NCBI GenBank assembly: GCA_963809665.1
Contig: CAWEKC010000005.1
Span: 11,878 to 75,877, forward strand
From: Candidatus Gottesmanbacteria bacterium
Lineage (GTDB): Bacteria > Patescibacteriota > Microgenomatia > UBA10105 > UBA927
Direction: 5' to 3'
Length of the DNA: 64,000 bases
In this document: one piece after another, positions 57,772 through 64,000 of the stretch
How positions within the stretch are numbered: the stretch's first letter is position 1
Layout of the letters: every line of letters begins with the position of its first letter
The notes under the pieces: generated by a model
Told to the model about the DNA's origin: nothing
What the model saw: the letters and a program-made list of their open reading frames with translations, nothing else
Databases searched by the model: none
Made by a program: the position numbers and the translations under genes

Positions 57772-58824
57772 TTACTCTCCGCCGGTCGTCAAGACGTATT
57801 TGACCCCTTTGGTGGAACCTTCTTTCCGCAGAATCCCTTTTTTGATAAGGTCCTTAATTTCCCGAAGAACTGTATCCTCAGAAATCATGGGGAACAATTC
57901 AAAAAACGCTTTGTTCTGCAAAAATCCGTTTTCCTGAATGAACTCAACCACCTTAATCTGCCGTTCTGAAAGTGCCAGTTGCTGTCCTCCCAGCGATTTT
58001 TTAATCTTCAGATCCGTCGAAAGCGACTTTACTTTTTCTTTGATGCGTGTAAGTTCAATGGCAAGCCCCTCGGTAAAGTATTCTATCCAGTTGGTGAGAT
58101 TTCCTTCCTGCTTTGCCACGCTCTGCAAGGCGTCATAATATTGCAGGGGCTCGCGGTCATAATATTCCTCAAGTGAGAAAAAACGCTTGATATCATAGCC
58201 TTCTTTCACGAGTACCAGCGTTGCGGCGGCACGTGCGACCCGTCCGTTTCCGTCCAAAAACGGATGGACCCGCACCAGTTCATAATGGACAATGGCAGCT
58301 TTGAGGACCGCATGCATATCATCCGGGCTGACGCCGTTGAGCCAGCGGAGAAACGAGTCAATGAGAAACGGGATTTCAACGGCAGGCGGCGGGCGGAACG
58401 TAATTTCTCCTGTTGCCGAGTTTTTTACCACCACCTGGGTTCTCCGGTATTCCCCCACAACGTCGTCTGCGAGCATCCGGTGCACCGTAAGGGAATGGAC
58501 GTGTTTGAGCGTCTCCGGGGAAATTTCGTTATTGTCATACTGCTCGATAAACTGCAATACATTCCGGTAATTGAGTACTTCCTGTATATCCCGGTCGCGG
58601 CCTACAATTTTTGCACCCGCCAACACTTTTTCCGCTTCGGTAATATTGAGTTCATTTCCTTCTATATGCGTTCCGTGGTGGACAGTGCGTACCAGGGCGT
58701 CTTCGCGGAATTTAGCTTCCCAGGCAGGCACCAGCGGCGCATTTTCAATAATTTCCCTGGCCGACTCAACGACGCCGATATACTTAAGAATTTTATTGGT
58801 GATCGTAAATTTAGGAGTGTACAT
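57772..58824 (-). CDS. Fic family protein (Fic/DOC domain + C-terminal wHTH)
   Basis: Fic motif HPFLDGNGRVARA. Start chosen at MYTPKF; the track ORF extends to 58854. Confidence 0.8.
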   Translation of the reverse strand: MYTPKFTITNKILKYIGVVESAREIIENAPLVPAWEAKFREDALVRTVHHGTHIEGNELNITEAEKVLAGAKIVGRDRDIQEVLNYRNVLQFIEQYDNNEISPETLKHVHSLTVHRMLADDVVGEYRRTQVVVKNSATGEITFRPPPAVEIPFLIDSFLRWLNGVSPDDMHAVLKAAIVHYELVRVHPFLDGNGRVARAAATLVLVKEGYDIKRFFSLEEYYDREPLQYYDALQSVAKQEGNLTNWIEYFTEGLAIELTRIKEKVKSLSTDLKIKKSLGGQQLALSERQIKVVEFIQENGFLQNKAFFELFPMISEDTVLREIKDLIKKGILRKEGSTKGVKYVLTTGGE

Positions 58825-58846
58825 AGATTTCCTGTATAATAACCGC

Positions 58847-59116
58847 ATGGCCAAAGAAAATCAACACCGAAAGCGTTTGCACCTGCTAATTCTCAAACAA
58901 ATGTTGACCCTTACCGCCAGCGGCTTCGGGTTAGTAGCGGCTCTGGCGTGGAATAATGTTATCCAGGAATTCGTTTCAACAAAAATAAAACCATTCCTGC
59001 CTTCCGGAAGCGGACTTCTCTCCCTGGCTATCTATGCAATCATCGTCACGGTGATAGCTGTCACTGTTACCTACCAATTGACGGCACTTATTGATAAGCT
59101 GGAAGAGAAGTCATGA
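58847..59116 (+). CDS. small membrane protein (89 aa)
   Basis: MAKENQHRKRLHLLILKQMLTLTASGFGLVAALAWNN... with 2 TM helices. Its stop overlaps the next gene start. Confidence 0.4.
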   Translation: MAKENQHRKRLHLLILKQMLTLTASGFGLVAALAWNNVIQEFVSTKIKPFLPSGSGLLSLAIYAIIVTVIAVTVTYQLTALIDKLEEKS

Positions 59117-60453
59117 AACGCATCAAGTCACTCTGGTCCCACTACGTCCTCCGGTACCTGAGGACTATCTCCCGTATTGCCCTTTCTCAGTCACAGGCAA
59201 CCATTATCGGAGTAGCTGGATCAGTCGGGAAAACCAGCACCCGCGAGGCACTCTACGCAATCCTTAGGGATATTGCTCCCACGCATATGGTCTCGGGAAA
59301 CTCGGAAACCGGTGTCCCCTTGGGTCTCGTCGGGCTGTTCCCCCGCGACTATTCCCCCCTCGACTGGGTACGGATGATGATAGCGGCCCCACTGCGCGTC
59401 GGATTTTTGAAAAACAAACGCTATATTATCGTTGAAATGGGCATAGACGATCCGTACCCGCCTAAAAACATGGGGTACTTACTTACTATCGTTAAACCGG
59501 ACATCGGCATTATCACGGAAGAATCGGCCGCCCACACGATGCAGTTTGAAAAAATCTTCGGACCCGATATGGTAATTTCCGATACGGAACGTCTGGAACT
59601 TCTTATCGAGGCAATTACAAAAGAAGATGCCAAAATGCTCGCATCGTGCAAAATCAGCATTGTAAACGGAGACAATACATATCTCACGAAAGAAGCACCT
59701 GCCGCCCTCACATTCGGAACCAAAAAATCGTCTGCATTACAGATAACCGGCTATACGGTAGATATCAAAAAAACCGCGTTTTCATACGCTCTGGGCAAAA
59801 CCCCGATGGATCTTCAGTTTAAAGGATATGCGTTCCCGCAGGATCTAGCGTATGTGTTTGCGCCGGCCATACTTGCCGCCCATAAACTCAATATTCCTCT
59901 TAACGACATCCGTAAAAATCTTGAGATAAATTTCACCCCGCCGCGCGGCCGCGAAAGTTTGCTTGCCGGAGTCAATAATTCCGTTATCATCGACTCTTCC
60001 TACAACGCATCAAAACCATCCGTTCTCTCGTTCCTGACTCTGACGGCAACGTTAAAGCAGCAGAGCAGCCGCCATACAATTATTGTTTTAGCGGATATGC
60101 TGGAGCTTGGGAACGAATCGCAAATCGAGCACGAGGCGGTCGCCCGCGCAATCGGTACTATTCCGGACGCGCTCTATTTAATCGGCCCGTTAACCAAACG
60201 CTTCATTCTGCCGATCGTTGAAAAGAAACTCAAACAGGTCGAGTGGTTTCCGTCCGTCATCGAACTAAACCGGGCGCTCACTGGCCTCCCCAACCGATCC
60301 CTTATACTTTTTAAAGGGTCGCAGGGCGATCTCTGGCTTGAGGAAAGTATTAAATTACTTCTGAAAAACAAGGATGATGCCGCACTGCTATGCCGCCAGA
60401 ACGCTTTCTGGCAGAAGGTAAAAAAAGCCGCCGGCAAGTGGGTCGAGGTGTGA
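59113..60453 (+). CDS. Mur ligase family protein (MurF-like)
   Basis: ATP-binding P-loop IGVAGSVGKTSTRE. Mur ligase middle and C-terminal domains. Confidence 0.65.
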   Translation: MKRIKSLWSHYVLRYLRTISRIALSQSQATIIGVAGSVGKTSTREALYAILRDIAPTHMVSGNSETGVPLGLVGLFPRDYSPLDWVRMMIAAPLRVGFLKNKRYIIVEMGIDDPYPPKNMGYLLTIVKPDIGIITEESAAHTMQFEKIFGPDMVISDTERLELLIEAITKEDAKMLASCKISIVNGDNTYLTKEAPAALTFGTKKSSALQITGYTVDIKKTAFSYALGKTPMDLQFKGYAFPQDLAYVFAPAILAAHKLNIPLNDIRKNLEINFTPPRGRESLLAGVNNSVIIDSSYNASKPSVLSFLTLTATLKQQSSRHTIIVLADMLELGNESQIEHEAVARAIGTIPDALYLIGPLTKRFILPIVEKKLKQVEWFPSVIELNRALTGLPNRSLILFKGSQGDLWLEESIKLLLKNKDDAALLCRQNAFWQKVKKAAGKWVEV

Positions 60454-60465
60454 TACACTAAACGT

Positions 60466-61431
60466 ATGGATGATAATGTTATCCAACCGCCCGCACAGGT
60501 GGAAACTATACCGATTCCCCCTACCCCGCCGCCGCGAAAGAATTATTCAGTCGTTTTGATCGTCATTCTCGTGATTTTAATAGGCATACTCGTCGGTATG
60601 GAGCTGGACGAAACCACGCTTATAGCCAATTTCCGCGCTCGGTTTCTGCGCCCCACCCCAACCCCGAATGTACATATTACTCCGTCCCCCTCCCCCGATC
60701 CGACGGCGGGGTGGAAAACGTATACAAACACCGCCGGGGACTATTCAATAAAATATCCTGCAACGGCGACGATTGAGGCTGCTCAAAAACCTTCAGTTTC
60801 GATATCCTTTATGGGACAGGAACAGGTTCAATCCGGAAGAACACAAACGGAGTTGTTTGACGGATATAAAGTGACTGTCTCCAGCGAACAAATTGCCCCC
60901 GGCCAAACCGCTCAATCTGCCGCCCTGTATCAAAATAAGAATGTTATTAACGGATGTCCGGCTCCCGAAGTTGCGAAAGTGTCCGGGGTTGAAACAGCCA
61001 AAATATCCGGGCTTACCGCGTATCATTACACCATAATGAACTGTCTTGGGGATTATGATATGTATTTAGTCCAAAATTCAAATACTATTTACTCAATCAA
61101 TCTTTTATATACCGCATCAACAGCCAGCCAAAAGGACGCGTATTATCAAACAGCCACCCAAATCCTCTCTACGTTTAAGTTTGTTGACCAAACACCCACT
61201 CCCACCTGCCGGCCGCGGCCGGCGTGTCTAGATGCAACCCCGCGATGCCTGATGCCCGAAACAGCTGATATGTGTCCGCCGAGCCCGAAACCCACTTCAA
61301 CCACCTTTACCTGTCCGCCCAACGGCTGGGTGGATTGTATGCCCGGTCCTGCTGTAAAACCGGAGTGTTCAGCGGAGGCTATGGCGTGGTATCAGGCTAA
61401 TTGTCCGGACTTCAAGGGCGGGGCGCTATAA
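60466..61431 (+). CDS. hypothetical membrane-anchored secreted protein with Cys-rich C-terminus
   Basis: N-terminal TM helix, Pro/Thr-rich segments, C-terminal CxC-rich tail. Confidence 0.4.
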   Translation: MDDNVIQPPAQVETIPIPPTPPPRKNYSVVLIVILVILIGILVGMELDETTLIANFRARFLRPTPTPNVHITPSPSPDPTAGWKTYTNTAGDYSIKYPATATIEAAQKPSVSISFMGQEQVQSGRTQTELFDGYKVTVSSEQIAPGQTAQSAALYQNKNVINGCPAPEVAKVSGVETAKISGLTAYHYTIMNCLGDYDMYLVQNSNTIYSINLLYTASTASQKDAYYQTATQILSTFKFVDQTPTPTCRPRPACLDATPRCLMPETADMCPPSPKPTSTTFTCPPNGWVDCMPGPAVKPECSAEAMAWYQANCPDFKGGAL

Positions 61432-62227
61432 GAAGTTCCTTCATAGTTATAGGAATCTGATTTGCTAAATCCGTGGCGTTAAAGAACGGACCGGTCTTAT
61501 TATAGAGCGCGTCTCCGGCTTTTTTATTGATAAAACTTCCTGCAATCGTCGACAAGAACGGATCATTCGTGCAGGCGAGCGCCGCAATAAGTCCCGCCAG
61601 TACGTCTCCGGTGCCGCCTTTGGTCATGCCGGGATTTCCACCCTCGATGACACGACAATTCCCTCTCTGGTCACAGGCAATATCCTTCTCCCCTTTCAGA
61701 AGCACAATACACTGATATTTTTTCGCCACTTCGGCCACATCAGCATCGCCGAACGCATGGATAAACTCTCCGTGATGCGGCGTGAGAATTGCCCCTTTGG
61801 GAATTTTAGTAACGTCCATCATTTGCAGGCTTCCCGCATCAATGACCCACTGTTTATGAGGATATGTGGTGAATAATGTGTTGGTAACCGTTTCCGTATC
61901 AGCATCTCGCGTCATCCCGGGTCCGATAAGAATGCAATCGTCTTCTTCGATATACGGCGCAAGTTCTCCGCGGGGAACCACGATACCGTTTCGGAATTCT
62001 TTCTTTTCTTCGTGAACGATTGCGTTGTTTTCCGGCACCGATGAATAATGGACCAGATCCACAATCCGCGAGGCCACGGTAAGTGACCAGAGGCTGGCGG
62101 CATGAAATAAATGGGATCCGCCGATAATAAGGAGCCTGCCGTTTTGTCCTTTGTGCGACCCCGGGACCGGCAAACGCAGTTTATTAACATCACCAATTGT
62201 TACTGGTTTCATACGTGTATTGTACAC
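61412..62227 (-). CDS. ADP-dependent NAD(P)H-hydrate dehydratase (YjeF C-terminal domain)
   Basis: GxGDVLAG motif (GGTGDVLAGLIAAL) and carbohydrate-kinase-like fold. Confidence 0.8.
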   Translation of the reverse strand: MYNTRMKPVTIGDVNKLRLPVPGSHKGQNGRLLIIGGSHLFHAASLWSLTVASRIVDLVHYSSVPENNAIVHEEKKEFRNGIVVPRGELAPYIEEDDCILIGPGMTRDADTETVTNTLFTTYPHKQWVIDAGSLQMMDVTKIPKGAILTPHHGEFIHAFGDADVAEVAKKYQCIVLLKGEKDIACDQRGNCRVIEGGNPGMTKGGTGDVLAGLIAALACTNDPFLSTIAGSFINKKAGDALYNKTGPFFNATDLANQIPITMKELLIAPRP

Positions 62228-62229
62228 AA

Positions 62230-63273
62230 TTACGCGCCCAAACGGATAATTTCAGCCGGAATCTTACGTTTTTTAAACAGGACCGGCACGTCTTCCTCCG
62301 CAGAACTTACAATGGTCTGCTGCTTACCGAGGAGATCCAATACCAACTCCCTGTGTTCGCGGTCAAATTCGGAAAAAATATCATCCAAAATAAGCAGCGG
62401 CCGCTCTCCGACTGCTTGCTCTATAAATGCCACTTCCGCCAGTTTCAGCCAGAGTATGGCCAGCCGTTGTTCTCCGCGGCTCCCGTACTTACGTACATCA
62501 AGCCCGTTTTTTGCAACGAGAAAATCATCGCGGTGAGGCCCGACGAGTGTAGACTTGGCTGCCACCTCCTCCCCGGCATACTGAGCGAGGCGTGACTGGG
62601 AAATCACGCTTTTGTCATATTCCACGCGGTACGCAACACCGGGCATGGCATATCTGTTTATAAAATCAATAAATGCCGCCCGTGAATCCGTGATTGACCC
62701 TCCTGCGCGGATAAGTAACTGATCCCAGAATTGAAGCTGGTGATGATGAGCTTTTCCCTCGCTCATCAAATCCAGAAGCCGGTTCCTCTGCCGAAGTCCC
62801 CGCTCATATGACAGGAGGTTCCGCCGGTATTCCCGGTCAACCTGGACCAGTACGCCGTCTAAATATTTACGCCGGAGGGACGGGCTGCCGGTAATCAGTT
62901 CCAGGTGTTCCGGCCAAAACAGAACGGCCCGAAGGTGCCCGACGAAATCCAGCTGGCGGCGCGCAATCCCGTTAACCATGAACTTTTTAGACTGAGTTTT
63001 CCGGTCCCCCACCGCGCCCGTCGTCACTATCACTTCAAGTTTTGTCTCACCGTCTGTTGCCCTCGCTCTGCCGATCTCGGCACCCCACCGTACCATCTGG
63101 GCATCGGCATCGGCCCGGAAACTTTTTCCGGTAGCAATGACCATAATTGCCTCGAGAATATTCGTTTTCCCTGCGGTATTGGGGCCCACGAGAAGCGTGG
63201 TTGTCGGGGCAAATGTAATTGCCTGTTTCGTATAGCTGCGAAAGTTAACAAGTGTAAGATCCGAAAGAATCAT
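62230..63273 (-). CDS. recF: DNA replication and repair protein RecF
   Basis: N-terminal Walker A GPNTAGKTNILEAI and C-terminal signature/Walker B (LLILDDIFSEFD). Confidence 0.9.
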   Translation of the reverse strand: MILSDLTLVNFRSYTKQAITFAPTTTLLVGPNTAGKTNILEAIMVIATGKSFRADADAQMVRWGAEIGRARATDGETKLEVIVTTGAVGDRKTQSKKFMVNGIARRQLDFVGHLRAVLFWPEHLELITGSPSLRRKYLDGVLVQVDREYRRNLLSYERGLRQRNRLLDLMSEGKAHHHQLQFWDQLLIRAGGSITDSRAAFIDFINRYAMPGVAYRVEYDKSVISQSRLAQYAGEEVAAKSTLVGPHRDDFLVAKNGLDVRKYGSRGEQRLAILWLKLAEVAFIEQAVGERPLLILDDIFSEFDREHRELVLDLLGKQQTIVSSAEEDVPVLFKKRKIPAEIIRLGA

Positions 63274-63971
63274 GCGATCGTGGTTCCGTGGAATTCCTTA
63301 TTATCCAGTGCTTTTGCAAGGTTCACGAGGTCTTTTCCGTTGAGGATTTTCACCGACACTCCCAACTCCTGTGCCAACCGCGAGGCTATCGGGTCAAAGG
63401 GTGCGTTCATCCGCGGCGTCCAGGTGTTGCCGACCATCGCTCTGTATGTTTTCCAGGTTATTGTATCAATGGGTTTAGCGTCCGGAAATGACCTGGGATC
63501 TTTGGTATATACTTTATCAATATTTGTTAAATTAATAACCGACCGGATTCCGTAATCTTCGCATAATGTCACGGCATCATAATCCGTGCTCCAGCCGGGT
63601 TTCCAGCCTGCGGCGATGGCCACGGGTTTGTCAATTTTCAAAATAATTTCATAATGTTTAATGACACGGGGATCGGCAATATCCTGAAAAATGGTACGCA
63701 CGAGCTGGGCATTAAGCCGCGTGGCGTGAATACCGAGCCAGTCTTTATCCGCATCGGTCAGTTCCTGGCCGCGGACGTCTTTGGCGCCCTCGATATATTT
63801 TGCGGCAATCGACCCGCCGCCGATCACAATAAAAAATCTCCGCTTTTTTGCGGAGACCTGGTGACGGATGAATGCGTTAAATTCGCTCAGGAATTTGGTG
63901 TCAACAATGCCGCCGGGGACGATAAGTGATCCCCCGACGGATAGAACGAACGTGTTGTTCTGGTCAACCAT
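63270..63971 (-). CDS. pyrH: uridylate (UMP) kinase, amino acid kinase family
   Basis: Amino-acid-kinase fold (VLSVGGS...IVIGGG...) in a 233-aa protein. Confidence 0.7.
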   Translation of the reverse strand: MVDQNNTFVLSVGGSLIVPGGIVDTKFLSEFNAFIRHQVSAKKRRFFIVIGGGSIAAKYIEGAKDVRGQELTDADKDWLGIHATRLNAQLVRTIFQDIADPRVIKHYEIILKIDKPVAIAAGWKPGWSTDYDAVTLCEDYGIRSVINLTNIDKVYTKDPRSFPDAKPIDTITWKTYRAMVGNTWTPRMNAPFDPIASRLAQELGVSVKILNGKDLVNLAKALDNKEFHGTTIA

Positions 63972-64000
63972 GATTTCTAGCTTGAAAAACGCGCACCCTG

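Overview
The window looks like a gene-dense stretch of a small-genome bacterium that I infer belongs to the Candidate Phyla Radiation (Patescibacteria). The evidence is at least eight large GT-C-type membrane glycosyltransferase paralogues, an ATP-dependent DNA ligase, an amino-acid-kinase-type uridylate kinase (PyrH), an endonuclease-Q-like protein, and a tRNA-Ala–23S–5S rRNA operon lacking 16S whose 23S gene carries three group I introns. Features in order:

- **1-8.4 kb:** three tandem GT-C family 39 / ArnT-like glycosyltransferase genes (DE-motif type), divergent from a formamido-sugar cassette (sugar N-formyltransferase, FdtA-like ketoisomerase, frameshifted GT2 polyprenyl-phosphate glycosyltransferase, DegT aminotransferase), then another GT-C-like membrane protein.
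- **8.4-22.3 kb:** more GT-C-like giants (one fused to a C-terminal NPCBM carbohydrate-binding domain, one YfhO-like, one DUF2298 'YYY', one more family-39 enzyme), two adjacent tRNA-Ala genes, a LysM/M23 peptidase, rho and an FAD oxidoreductase.
- **22.3-30.1 kb:** an AT-rich intergenic region, a secreted beta-propeller protein ending in a type-I dockerin, two membrane-anchored proteins with cohesin-like domains and Pro/Thr linkers, PIN/TRAM, radA, and ribosomal protein S1 (frameshifted).
- **30.1-37.3 kb:** cupin, glyoxalase-family, DJ-1/PfpI and hypothetical genes, then 5S rRNA, the 23S rRNA with group I introns at E. coli sites L1917 (with a LAGLIDADG homing endonuclease), L1931 and L2593, and tRNA-Ala(UGC).
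- **37.5-47.4 kb:** a hypothetical protein, gdhA, an FNR-like flavoprotein, trxB, trxA, and a copper-homeostasis locus (copZ, DsbD_2-like membrane protein fused to cupredoxin, CsoR operator, csoR, cupredoxin, frameshifted copA, another cupredoxin).
- **47.5-64 kb:** MGMT, a frameshifted Crp/Fnr regulator, VKOR, SDR, CPBP protease, acylphosphatase, pth, a PRTase, endonuclease-Q-like, GT2, ATP-dependent DNA ligase, Fic, a Mur ligase, NAD(P)HX dehydratase, recF and pyrH.

The most unusual signal is a family of six near-identical 16-21 nt GC-rich palindromes (CCTGCCTGC-C/G-GCAGGCAGG). Five lie in frame inside unrelated ORFs, and four of them encode the same LPAGRQ hexapeptide. Other points of note:

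- Four genes (GT2, rpsA, copA, crp) carry single-base frameshifts, consistent with either homopolymer sequencing errors or genuine pseudogenisation.
- No CRISPR array, transposase, integrase or prophage gene was seen.
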